DNA of 62,992 nt, the filler included, from Nemertoderma westbladi (Eukaryota; Animalia; Xenacoelomorpha): assembly GCA_032718475.1 (NCBI GenBank). It is 4 parts of 4 records of this genome, joined end to end, with 100 filler letters (N's around TTAATTAATTAA, not from the genome) between each part and the next. Parts side by side here need not be neighbours in the genome. Positions count along the whole stretch, not along the records: positions 19,052 to 49,232 come from JAUCBJ010004824.1; positions 49,333 to 58,478 come from JAUCBJ010003688.1; 2 more parts are not named here. The stretch is one strand, 5' to 3'. The notes beneath the pieces were generated by a model that was given only the letters and a program-made list of their open reading frames with translations, made no database searches and was not told the origin of the DNA. Below are positions 38,762-49,595 of this stretch, piece after piece. Numbering within the stretch: position 1 is the first letter of the stretch; every line of letters begins with the position of its first letter. The position numbers and the translations under genes are program-made.

Positions 38762-38780
38762 CACTATTTTTCTCTTTCAG

Positions 38781-39439
38781 AGTCATTCAAGAGAGCCAGA
38801 CAGAAACTCAATGGGCTGAATGTGGTCTACAACAATGCTGGTATTGTCGATGAACAAAATTTCAAAAAGCTTGTAATCATTAATGTTCTTGGTGTCATTA
38901 ATGGAACGTACATTGGTATATTGTTAATGAGCCGCACCAAAGGTGGTGAAGGTGGTGTCATTATTAACTCGTCCTCAGCAATGGCCTTTGCCCCACAGGC
39001 CATGGCTAAAGCGGCATATGCAGCATCGAAATCAGCAATATACGGTTTCACGAAATCTGTTGTTATGTTTCAAGAATTTTCTGATCATGGAATTCGAATC
39101 AATGCAGTCTGTCCGGGATTTGTAGAGACACCGATGGTCGGAAATGTTGGCATAAATGCAATGAGCTCCATAGGACCTGCATTTGTTGATATTGGTAAAG
39201 AAATTGATCTTCAAAAATCAAAATTAAAATACTATTATGATAATGGTCTCGTTCTTACCCCAGAGAAAGTTGCGGATACGTTTTATAAAGTCACATTGGA
39301 TGAACATTTACCATCGGGTAAATCAGTATTTACCGCAGGAAATACAGATGGGTTGGTGGTCGATATGGTTCCCATGGTTACTCGAAAGTTAGGAGATAAG
39401 GAGGATTATTCCAAACCGGAAATCCTTCCAATTCACTGA
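38781..39439 (+). CDS. Short-chain dehydrogenase (HPGD/ADH-like), exon 2; spliced product 291 aa
   Basis: Acceptor ttttctctttcAG at 38780 is phase-compatible with exon 1 (G+AG = Glu). Motifs NNAGI, GGVIINSSS, catalytic YAASK and INAVCPGFVETP are present. Confidence 0.92.
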
Positions 39440-40493
39440 GGAGAAGCTGTAGCGTACAGTTACAGAGCAGTAACATATTACAGAACTGTATCGTATATAC
39501 AGTTTAGCAATACAGCCATATATATCAACAACCATTATACCAACCTTATTAGTTTAAATTATTAATATCTTGATATTATGATTTCATATGGATAATAATA
39601 TGAAATTTATTCTTGTCAGACATTGATTCAAACGATTTATAATTGTGTGTAATTCGGTTTAGATATGCCAGGTGGCGTTATTCTATACCTAGTATTTATT
39701 ATAGAACGATATGATTCCTATATAGGTACATTATAGTAGTGACATAATGATAATATGAAAGTTGTAGTGCGAAATATTAAGTTCGTTATAAATAATGTAT
39801 ATAATTAAAACTATACTTATACTTATATATTAATAAATATATAATTACCAGTACCAGATCACTTTTATTCACAAATGCAGAATAGATGGTTCTGAATGTT
39901 AAATTTATTATTCATTAATAATAGATATAGGCATATTTCAACCATGTCATTACCACCATACCATTTTTGCTTTGCTTATGGTAAATATTCGGAACTCTTC
40001 TTTCTTGGGGAGGAATCTCCGGAGTCCCGTTTATCCATTATTTAAATGCGCAAGGGCTTCAACAACATACAGTATATATGTAGGCAAACATCAGGGATAT
40101 AAGCAAGCATATAAAGATAATAGTTTACAATGCTCAATAGGACACATAATACTGTAGGCCTAGGTAAGGAACATAAATTTATTACCGTAGGTATGTCACA
40201 TAAGTAAAATACTACCGGTGAAAAAATAAGTGCAACGTAACTTTGAATACATTTTTTAAATTTTGAAAAACTTGATGCACTTTTGATGAATACATTTGAA
40301 TTTAATTAATTATTTATAATTTATTGTAAAACTTTAATTATTATTAAAATTTATACAGTATGTAGTTGATTAGGCGTACGTGGCTGTATTTTTATAATTT
40401 ATCAGTTTATACAAGAATATGGCTACATGCAATGTACAGCGTGACTGTACACTGTTTACTTTCACTTTCTGATTATAAGCCAAGGGCAAGGAC

Positions 40494-40810
40494 GGGTGTT
40501 TGAAAAAGGTGGACTGGACACAGAAAACATGGACAATGGACAGACCAATCAGAAACGTATTAAGCAAAGAAGTTTGTAGCGATTAGTTTGTCCACCTTTT
40601 TCAAGTTTTCGCTTTCTTAGTTACATAATTGGGAATAAGATGTGTGAAAAAGGTGGACTGGACACAGGCACATAAAATATAGATAATAGTTTGACCAATC
40701 AGTTCTGATAGTATATGAAATAGTATTGCTTTAATACGTTTCTAAACGTATTAAAGCAATGATATTTCGTAGTGATTAGTGGACTGTCCACATTTTCAGG
40801 TTTCAATTAT
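40494..40810. mobile_element. MITE-like repeat with GAAAAAGGTGGAC motifs and a 36-bp hairpin (40725-40760)
   Basis: Direct and inverted copies of TGAAAAAGGTGGAC. The first 56 bp also occur inverted at 6134-6189. Confidence 0.65.
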
Positions 40811-41097
40811 CATATATAATCGGCAGTAAGAATGCTGCCGGTGTCCTAGGCGTATCAACCCCCCCCCCCCCCCACCCCCCCTCCACCTCCGCGCGGAATG
40901 CCCCCCTATAGATGACTACCTGCACAGTATAATAATAGTAGGTCTAGCGTACCGAACAGCACTTTATAACTTGGATTCATTGGTTTAATTGTGTGGTTGG
41001 GGTTAGTTGGTCAGGCCTAACGCCTAATTAAAACTGGCATTAGTAACCCTAACCTTAAAGTCATGATGCTCTAATCTTAGAATTTTTGAAGAATTTA

Positions 41098-41190
41098 GCC
41101 GCCACAACTCCCTATCACCCTAGACTTTCGCGAAATTATCCGCAACTTCAAGGACAGTGTCATTTAAGAGGCGTCTCAAGAAAGTCATGG
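41098..41190 (-). mobile_element. RTE family A 3' fragment
   Basis: CCGCCACAACTCCCTATCACCC...GCGTCTCAAGAAAGTCATGG matches ~25503-25593. Confidence 0.8.
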
Positions 41191-41384
41191 TCTTCAATTA
41201 TTCAACTAAATACTGCAGTACTGTAATAATATATAATAAATAATAATGTCTAATAAATTTGTGTATGTATGAAACTAATTTCGTCAGGTCAGGTCCCCAG
41301 AACCTGCTACCACTATGGCAGTAATGTGGTACTACCTGTAGCTGTCAGCCCAGTAGGGCAGGCCCGATAAGCATAGCCTATTCA

Positions 41385-41660
41385 TTATTTAGTTGATCAA
41401 GAGTGGGTTGGTTTAGCCCCGTCAACTAAATAAGTCATTGAGGGCTATAGCGCCTAGGGCACCATTGAAGGCAAAGGCTTGATACGCATCTGCATTAGAG
41501 ATGATACACGCCCCGCCCTGTCTATACTGGATGCTCCTCTACCAGTGTTAGGTAACCTAACCCAGGAGGCACCCCAAGGCACCCTAACCCAGGAGTTCAG
41601 GGTGTAACAAAAGGACCCCTACAGTCGGCAGCAGGGCTGTAGGCCATGGATAGGGCTTAT
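41385..41660 (+). mobile_element. RTE family B 5' UTR copy, starting with a 12-bp-stem hairpin
   Basis: Homologous to the reverse complement of ~38560-38761. TTATTTAGTTGA pairs with TCAACTAAATAA. Confidence 0.7.
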
Positions 41661-43028
41661 TGAACAGTATTAGTACCTGGCGGCATAGGCCTGAATATAT
41701 GATACAATACTGCACTGCAGTACTGCCTGACTGCTACTGCAATAGCAATACCACATACAGACATACATCTGTCTGTACATACAGCCAGCCAGCCCTGCCT
41801 GCCTGCAGCCTGCTACGCTACATCCAGGTTGGAATTTATGTAGAGTTTGCTCAACATGTGTGGCGCGGATTAAGGATCCTGGCGCGTAGTGACAGGGGCG
41901 TGGCGTGTGGCGCGGATTGAGGATCCTGGCGGTCCTGGCACCTGGCGCGAATAGGGCTGTAGGGTGTAGGATGTAGCGTAGCAGTGCACTGGCAACACAT
42001 CCCACTCTACAGCTATATTTGAAATTATTCCATAGGTTTAAAAAGATTGAAAAATGTCCGCTCGCTTCGCTCGCGATTATACCGTAAACCTACTCTTAGC
42101 TTAGCACTGTCTGGCTGTGGACAAATGGAAACGGACAGATTGAGCATGACCATTAAAAACATGACTTGTTTCAAAAGTTTTTCAATTGTCAGATTCTTCA
42201 AACCAATAAAACCATGACAGCCTGCCTGCCTGCATGATTCAGCAGAATTTCCGTGCTCGCAATTTAATGACATCTGCATTTGAAAACAGTCGGTTTGCCT
42301 ACTTTAAAAGCTGAAATGTTAAAATTTTCGTGCTCGCTACGCTCGCAATTGATCACATCTACATTTAAAAACAGTCAGTTGTCGTTGACCTACTACTACT
42401 ACTACTACAACTACAGCTGTACAGCACTATCTGACTATTACTGTCAGACTGTATTTATGTTAACATAATTGGAAAATTTCCTTGCTCGCTACGCTCGCAT
42501 GTTAATGATAAAATACTGTAGGGCTACAGCATTATAAACTGATAAATTATTACAATTAAGCAATTACTGCAAAATTTCATAATCAATTGTTGGCTTGGCG
42601 CGCATTAGATATCATGGCTGGCGCGATTTTCGTTTAACCAGGACGCATGTGGCGCGCTTTTTGTCAGTATTCCATATAGCTGTATGTATAGGCGCTACAT
42701 CAGTACATTGCAGCATTGCTACCGTTTGGTCATTGGCAGATTGGTCAGTTGGTGTTACCTTACCACTTAGGCATACCGTGCACCGTGTACGGTACCGGGT
42801 CACCGGTAAATTTTATTTATTATTATTACAGACTACAGTTGACAGTCTGACAGTATTAGGCCTAATACTGTCAGACTGTAATACAGTAATAAATAAAAAT
42901 ATATACTGATATAATAATAATATAGGCCTACCGGCTGACCGGTATATATTAGGGGTATAATAAAAATTAATATTTATTTTTAAGTGTAGTTTAAATACCG
43001 GTATACTGGTTGGTATACCTACATAATT

Positions 43029-43781
43029 ATGAGCTTGCTGTTACCAAAATGTATTTGTCGTCCTACAATCGTGAAATCGAGAGGACCACTTGCTACAGGT
43101 ACGTTTTTGCAACTTCTTACCGCTAGGCCTAAGTCTAACGTCTTGCACTTAGACCTGTTAGAACCGCAACGTATACCGGAACCGGTATGTGCTACGCGTT
43201 TAGTTGCCCCGTCACACGTGTCGGCCCGTTTCTACGCCGCCAGTAGAATCGGAAGACTCTTCGGTTTCTCCAAAGATGAGGAACCTGTTGTCATAGAGAA
43301 GGAGAGCAGCGATGTAAAAGCGGTGGATAAATACTTGAGTTACTCAAAGAAACCCAAACCTTCCCGATATACACCACCAAACAATTATGAGGAAACTATC
43401 CGACAGATAGTCTGGGAAAATATTCCCGACTCGAAAGATCGGGATTTACGATCAGTTTCATTCGATGACCTTCTTACTAAATTTACTATTCTAAACTCTT
43501 GTGCCTCCGCCTTCAATCGCTGCGTCTCGAACGCTGAGTTAAGCGATATACTTTGCGCGAAGGACCTGATAGAGTTTTATGGACGACCTCACGGACAGGT
43601 TAACTTCCTCGAGGAATTAAACTCGAACTCGGAACGCCCACGGAACCTCCACGTCGGGACGACCGAACCGCCGCAGCCACGGTGCGCCGCCGATGTCCCG
43701 GAACATCTCCCCTTCCAGAAACTTTTACAGGAGGACCGCGATTTCTACAACAATAAAGTCGGAAAGAAGTTATACAGATAA
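43029..43781 (+). CDS. MRPL50: Mitochondrial large ribosomal subunit protein mL50
   Basis: 250-aa ORF with a basic, Arg/Ser/Leu-rich presequence-like N-terminus and an mL50-like core (YTPP...KFTILNSC..AFNRCVSNAELSDI...DLIEFY...PRNLHV). Confidence 0.8.
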   Translation: MSLLLPKCICRPTIVKSRGPLATGTFLQLLTARPKSNVLHLDLLEPQRIPEPVCATRLVAPSHVSARFYAASRIGRLFGFSKDEEPVVIEKESSDVKAVDKYLSYSKKPKPSRYTPPNNYEETIRQIVWENIPDSKDRDLRSVSFDDLLTKFTILNSCASAFNRCVSNAELSDILCAKDLIEFYGRPHGQVNFLEELNSNSERPRNLHVGTTEPPQPRCAADVPEHLPFQKLLQEDRDFYNNKVGKKLYR

Positions 43782-44349
43782 TAAGATAATCCTGGATGTA
43801 TTGTCTGATTGTATATCGGACAAACCTCACCTACCCTGTTTGGTTAAAATTACATATTATTTAGTCCAATTATCGTGTTGGTATTATTGTATCATGTACG
43901 GCGTACGTTTACAATTAAATATAATAAGTACGGATATTGTGGCGGTGGCATTATATATTTGCCATTCTCAGTACTGCAGTGTCATTATTCCAGTATTATT
44001 ACTCAATGAGAATCTGCCACACCACAGTTTATGTCTGTCGTTCTTCAAAGTTATTTTAATTTTAAATTACATGTGTTTAAACGATAAAACTGCACTCCTC
44101 AAGCCTTGAGTCTAAGGCCATAGCAAACAATAGGGTGGGTTCGCGGAAAAATTGTTGGGCTAGAAACAATCGAATAAAGTGTAACAAGGTGTCCTGAATC
44201 GAGTGGCGGGGTGTGTTTTTTGTAGAAACACGAGGAAACGGTCTAAACGGCGGGTATAAGTAAGCCCGGGAAGCTAATTTTGAAAATCGGCTGTGGTTGG
44301 CTGTTGGGTGGCTGTGTTACATATTTGACGTCACTACGCAGTGCTATGA

Positions 44350-46079
44350 TAATTTCTTATATTGGTTTCTATGGCGGGTGATTTTAGATCCATTCAAACA
44401 CATTTAGTCTCAATCATTTCACTCTAACTTATATAAATTGAAAGCGGAGAGTGTTGCGCGCAGGGCTATCAAAAATTAATTGGGCAAACAATTAATTGAC
44501 GTTTTATTGACCCAATTAATTGATTGGTGATTTCAAAATAATTGGATAATTGATTGGGATGGGCGCAATTAATTGGATAATTGATTTCTCTGGAAGCAAT
44601 TATCCATTTAATTGCGTCCATCGCCCAATAGGGCTCCCACCACTGCGTTATTTTAACGCATTGCGCTATTTCCAAAATTTTGCGTTATTCGATTATGGTT
44701 CGAGAATTATTAGAGATATTATATCATTCCTAAGATATACATGAAAAACAACGTTTTAGCCATTTTATTAATATCTTTACCTTGGGTGCCTTTGTGATGA
44801 AATTGCCGTATACAATTGAAAAAATGCTTGTGTATTTTAAATCTCCATTAAATTTGGCACAGGATACGATCATTAAAATTTGACAATTTTCAAAATACGG
44901 AGTTCTGTTTAAATACTGGTTCTTAGTTACTGCGGATTGTGCACCGGCGAACAACCATGTGCTGTTCCATGACTGCGGCAGAATTTGAGGCTTGGCGTTT
45001 AGTTAGTGCGGATTGTGCACCGGTGAACATTCCTGTGCAGTTCCTCAACTGCGGATTGTGCGCCGGTGCTCAACAAATTACTTTTTGTTAATTACATTTT
45101 GTGGGAATGCCTTTGGGCACCGGTGCTCAAATTCACTATCATTGTATTTATAAAACAATGGAGAACCACCATGGAAAAAACTGCATCTCAATAGCTCCGT
45201 CCAGTCCAGAGATAGTGGTTTGAATTTCATCAAAATTTTATATATTTTTTGTGATTTTACTCTTACAGGGTTAACAATTTTCAAAACTGTACCAATAATT
45301 ATCCCATCACATTAGTAAATTACTTTTGGCCACTTTCGAAATTTCACGGGGTAACCCCATAGTAGATAATGTGTGCAGTTTAACGACCCCCCCCCCCCCC
45401 CCCCCCCACCATCAATTATTTTGGTTTTAAAAACATTTATATAAAGTAAAATAATATAAAATAACATTGTTATTGTTACTACAGCACATTTGCTCATGCA
45501 ATATAAATTAACACATGAAAAGCATGTTATGAAAGCATGAAATACATGTTATTGCTTAACTAACAATGAACTAAATCAAATAGGCCTAATAGCTAATGCT
45601 ACAGTAGAGCATTTTAAAAATCCCGCCATATTTATATAATTGGAAATATTGAGCACCGGCGCTCAATCCGCACTGGCACTTGTGTAGTGCGGATTGTGCA
45701 CCGGTGCACAAACCCAAAAAAATATATATATGAGTCATACAAAGGTCACAGATACCGAATATGACAACAGCTGATGTATTTGAGCACCGGTGCTCAACTT
45801 ATAGCCTCCGCACTAAAGGCTGGCCACGCCAAAATAGCTCCGCACTACAGGGTTGTACAGGTTATGTTCACCGGTGCACAATCCGCAGTAAGAAGTTGAC
45901 AGAGAGTAAAACCTGTCGCAGTAAAGTTAAAACACGAATTGTGCACCGGTGCTCAATCCGCAGCTAACGTGTTAATAGCATTTAATTGTTGATATAAGCC
46001 ACGTGTGAAATGATTGAGATTAAATGTGAATTTTAATGGATCTAAAATCACCCTCCATAGAAACCAATATAAGAAATTA
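44350..46079. mobile_element. Composite/foldback element with ~70-bp inverted ends and a nested GCGGATTGTGCACCGG-repeat element (~44925-45967)
   Basis: 44350-44421 is the diverged reverse complement of ~46005-46079. The inner repeats invert orientation across the element. Confidence 0.7.
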
Positions 46080-46378
46080 AAAGTTAAATTACTTTATTTC
46101 ACACTTTTCAAATATTATTGTTTATTTTTATTCTAGGATAACCTTATAAATCTATTTCTTCTCTATTACTGCTATTATTAACAGTTTGTTTTCTATAAAT
46201 CTTTTTTAAATTATAATCAATTGATTATATACTTTAATTATATTTTTATTCTGTTTCCTTACAAGTGAAGCCATTTATGACTACTGTACTTCTGAAGTTT
46301 ATGACTGTTTAATTTATCAATTTAAGAAACAAGTCACTGTCGGAAAACATTGCCAATGATGGCTATATATATATGTAT

Positions 46379-46949
46379 TAGAGTTGAAACAGAGACTTGT
46401 CATTGATCTCTGTTCTCTGGATTCCCCGGGCAGTTTTTTGGTCTCCGGATAGGTTTCTGGTTCCGGGGTATTGAAAACAGACATTTTATCCAGAGATCAG
46501 TGATTTTTCAAATTAAGACTTGCACGAGACTTGCAATAGGGTCGAATAGAGTACTGAACCTGTGCCCTAACTATATTCGTAAATGACCAAGTTTATAGAG
46601 TCCATTAAAAGGTATATGATTTTAACAGTTGTGAATTCAGTGCCTTTTTTATTTAACAAAGTCCCTATGTAGCAAAACAAATTAATGTAACTTTTAACAT
46701 TAACCCAAACTGTACTTGAGCTTATTTTTTTCATTAGGTAAGGGTTGAATCGGTTGGATTTACTGTAATTCAACCATAAATAGTTCTCAGTTCATACGTA
46801 CCTGATTTTTGCTATAACCAAATTATAAGTACAAAAATAAGCAAAGTCTCTGATCTCTGGCTCTGGTCTCCGGTATTTTCCAAAATAATTATCTGGTTAG
46901 GTCTCTGGTTCACCGGGATTAAGAACAATGGATCTCTGTTTCAACTCTA
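46379..46949. mobile_element. hAT-type MITE
   Basis: Perfect 17-bp TIR TAGAGTTGAAACAGAGA and 8-bp TSD ATATGTAT (46371-46378 and 46950-46957). Confidence 0.92.
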
Positions 46950-47381
46950 ATATGTATATATACCGAAATGGCTATACCGAAATTTCATTTTTGTACTTTT
47001 TGCCACAGAAAAAGGCCAAGGTTAATTATTCAACGGGTGGTACATATTGAATGATTTCTTACTTAATTTCACGTTAATAATATTAACCTACGTTTAATCA
47101 TTACGATACCGGTAGACATCATTCTATATAAGTACAATACCACCTCTACATCTACAACCCCCCCCCCCCCCCCCCCCCCCCCCCATATGGTGTTCTCATT
47201 AGGCAATGCTGTCTGGAATCTGATATTTAGTTATAAACTGAAAGTAACAGGTTTAGGCCATTTCTTACTCACCTACGCTCGGCCTTCATTCTGCTGTTGT
47301 AAATAAAAATAATATAATCCTATTGAATCGTGGTCAATACATTTTGTTTTTGTGTTCAACGATAATTAGTAACCTAATACC

Positions 47382-49175
47382 ATGGATGCATTGAGCGCAA
47401 ATAGTGATACCCAGCATTCTACGGACATTGAACATTCTACTGACACCCAACCTTCTACAGTCGCCCAACATTCTACTGACACCCAACATTCTACTGACAC
47501 CCAACATTCTACTGACACCCAACCTTCTACAGACACCCAACCTTCTACAGTCGCCCAACATTCTACTGACACTCAACAGTGTACTGACACCCAACAGTCT
47601 ACTTACACCCAACAGTCTACTGACACCCAACATTCTATTGTCACCCAGCTTCCTACTGCCACCCAACATTCTACTGATACCCAACAATCTACTGACACCA
47701 AATACTCTACTGACACCCAACATTCTACTGACACCCAACATTCTACTGACACTCAACAGTGTACTGACACCCAACAGTCTACTTACACCCAACAGTCTAC
47801 TGACACCCAAATATGTACAGACACCCTACGGTCTACTGACACCCAATATTTTACTGTCACCCAACATTCTACTGACACCCAACATTCTATTGTCACCCAG
47901 CTTCCTACTGCCACCCAACATTCTACTGATACCCAACAATCTACTGACACCAAATACTCTACTAAGACTCAACATTCTACTAACACACAACTTTCTGGTG
48001 AATCGCAATATTCTACCAACACCACCCAACGTTGCCAACACTTTTTACCTCGCAAGAAACGTAACTGCCGGATGCTTCCAATGCCGGGTACAGGGCACTG
48101 CGCCGAACACATTATCCACCATAACCCAGAGACCCATCGAGTAGTATGCCCATTAGACCCCAAACACACTGTTAGTGCGGACCGCTTACAACGTCATATG
48201 TTGCGGTGCAATGTTACCCGGCTGAATGATCTGCCATACAGGGTCGATGATATAAACGGCCCACATCAGGCAACCCCTGGCGCCACAAACACCTCCATAT
48301 ACGAGACTCAACCGGAACAACTGAAGGTATTAATCGGGAAGATTAATAAACAGTTCGAGAAACTCTTCCCTTCTGAGTTACCAACTCGGATTTTTATCAA
48401 CAAGGATTGCGTTTCTCGCCAACAACGACAGATCTCATCACTTGTGGGCCAGGTCGACGATCTGGGGTATCTGACTCCAGGAACCATATACATAGAGCTG
48501 GGAGCGGGACGGGGTTCCCTCTCCCATGGGTTGTGGTTGTCGTTGACCCCAGAGGAACGGCGTTCGTGTTTGTTCCTCCTTGTGGAACGTGGATCGCAGA
48601 AACACAAACTGGACCGACACAGAGATGAAACTGACAGATTCCGACGGCTGCGTGTAGACCTCCGACATCTCGATTTATCCCGGGTTAATGACATCGACTG
48701 GAGTTCCTACTCACGAATCATCGTTGTTTCCAAACATCTGTGCGGGGCGGCAACTGACTTGGGATTGCATTGCATCATGGAAACCTTGTTGCCTAGACAA
48801 GTTGATGCGATTGTGATGGCGACGTGTTGTCATCACCGTTGCGAGTGGTCTCTTTTGGAGTCTGAGTTTATTGGCTCTGGAATATCAGAAGGTGAGTTTG
48901 ATATTCTCCGCCGAATGACTAGTTGGTACACCTGTGGTTTCCATAGTAACTCTGAAAGTATCCCAATCAGAAGCCAGGAAATCCCTTCTGCTAATGCGTT
49001 TGTTGCTGATTTGACATCCGAAATGAAAAGAGAATTGGGTCGCAGGTGTAAACTCATCATTGATAACTGTAGATTAACCACCTTATCTAGATATGGTTAC
49101 CATAGCTACATGTGTTATTATTCTAGTTGTGAGGATACATTGGAAAACATTTGTCTAGTAGCTGATTCGAAATAG
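47382..49175 (+). CDS. TRMT13: tRNA:m(4)X 2'-O-methyltransferase TRM13 with N-terminal hexapeptide repeat
   Basis: CCCH finger CQHFLPRKKRNC...CAEH, U11-48K-type finger CPLDPKHTV...HMLRC, SAM motif ELGAGRG, SKHLCGAATD, ATCCHHRC and terminal TLENICL. Start context accATGg. Confidence 0.95.
   Translation: MDALSANSDTQHSTDIEHSTDTQPSTVAQHSTDTQHSTDTQHSTDTQPSTDTQPSTVAQHSTDTQQCTDTQQSTYTQQSTDTQHSIVTQLPTATQHSTDTQQSTDTKYSTDTQHSTDTQHSTDTQQCTDTQQSTYTQQSTDTQICTDTLRSTDTQYFTVTQHSTDTQHSIVTQLPTATQHSTDTQQSTDTKYSTKTQHSTNTQLSGESQYSTNTTQRCQHFLPRKKRNCRMLPMPGTGHCAEHIIHHNPETHRVVCPLDPKHTVSADRLQRHMLRCNVTRLNDLPYRVDDINGPHQATPGATNTSIYETQPEQLKVLIGKINKQFEKLFPSELPTRIFINKDCVSRQQRQISSLVGQVDDLGYLTPGTIYIELGAGRGSLSHGLWLSLTPEERRSCLFLLVERGSQKHKLDRHRDETDRFRRLRVDLRHLDLSRVNDIDWSSYSRIIVVSKHLCGAATDLGLHCIMETLLPRQVDAIVMATCCHHRCEWSLLESEFIGSGISEGEFDILRRMTSWYTCGFHSNSESIPIRSQEIPSANAFVADLTSEMKRELGRRCKLIIDNCRLTTLSRYGYHSYMCYYSSCEDTLENICLVADSK
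47400..48030 (+). repeat. 18-bp coding minisatellite (CATTCTACTGACACCCAA)n encoding (HSTDTQ)n
   Basis: About 34 in-frame units with higher-order block duplications. Confidence 0.95.
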
Positions 49176-49232
49176 TTTTATGTGGGTTTGGTGTGACAAT
49201 CTATAGGTATATTTTTGGAGGTTGTTTATGTT

Positions 49233-49332
49233 NNNNNNNNNNNNNNNNNNNNNNNNNNNNNNNNNNNNNNNNNNNNTTAATTAATTAANNNNNNNNNNNN
49301 NNNNNNNNNNNNNNNNNNNNNNNNNNNNNNNN
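49233..49332. other. Artificial contig spacer
   Basis: 44 N + TTAATTAATTAA + 44 N. Confidence 0.97.
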
Positions 49333-49539
49333 TGATGTGATAACCGAAGGCAAACCGGCCCTTATATAGCAAATCTGGGACATATAATCCGCTAGAACCT
49401 TCCAGAGCATTCCATGGCCTCACATTGGAGCAATAAGATGTTCTATGCCCTATGATTGGCCCAACTCATCGTTCCATGTTGTATGCACCTCATTGGCTTA
49501 TCTAATTGAATCAAGGCGAAAATAAATAGCCCAAAAATG

Positions 49540-49595
49540 CAAATTCCCGACCGGGATTCGAACCTTGTTCTTAACCATCTGACCACTGCGCCAAT
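49540..49595 (-). mobile_element. Shortened tRNA-derived Pol III head (SINE-like)
   Basis: Minus strand GGCGCAGTGGTCAGATGGTTAAGAACAAGGTTCGAATCCCGGTCGGGAA contains A and B boxes but lacks an anticodon arm. Confidence 0.55.

Noticed and set aside
38747-38780. ATG at 38747 as the start of a 230-aa SDR
   Set aside because: It lies in TE-derived intron sequence, and the product would lack the Rossmann motif encoded at 30563.
41385-41660. HDV-like ribozyme in the RTE 5' UTR
   Set aside because: Known in some RTEs, and hairpins are present, but I could not build P1/P2/P3/P1.1 by eye. An Infernal or RNArobo search would decide it.
47334-48144. Alternative-frame and antisense repeat ORFs over the TRMT13 N-terminus
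   Set aside because: By-products of the 18-bp repeat. Only one frame continues into TRM13 domains.
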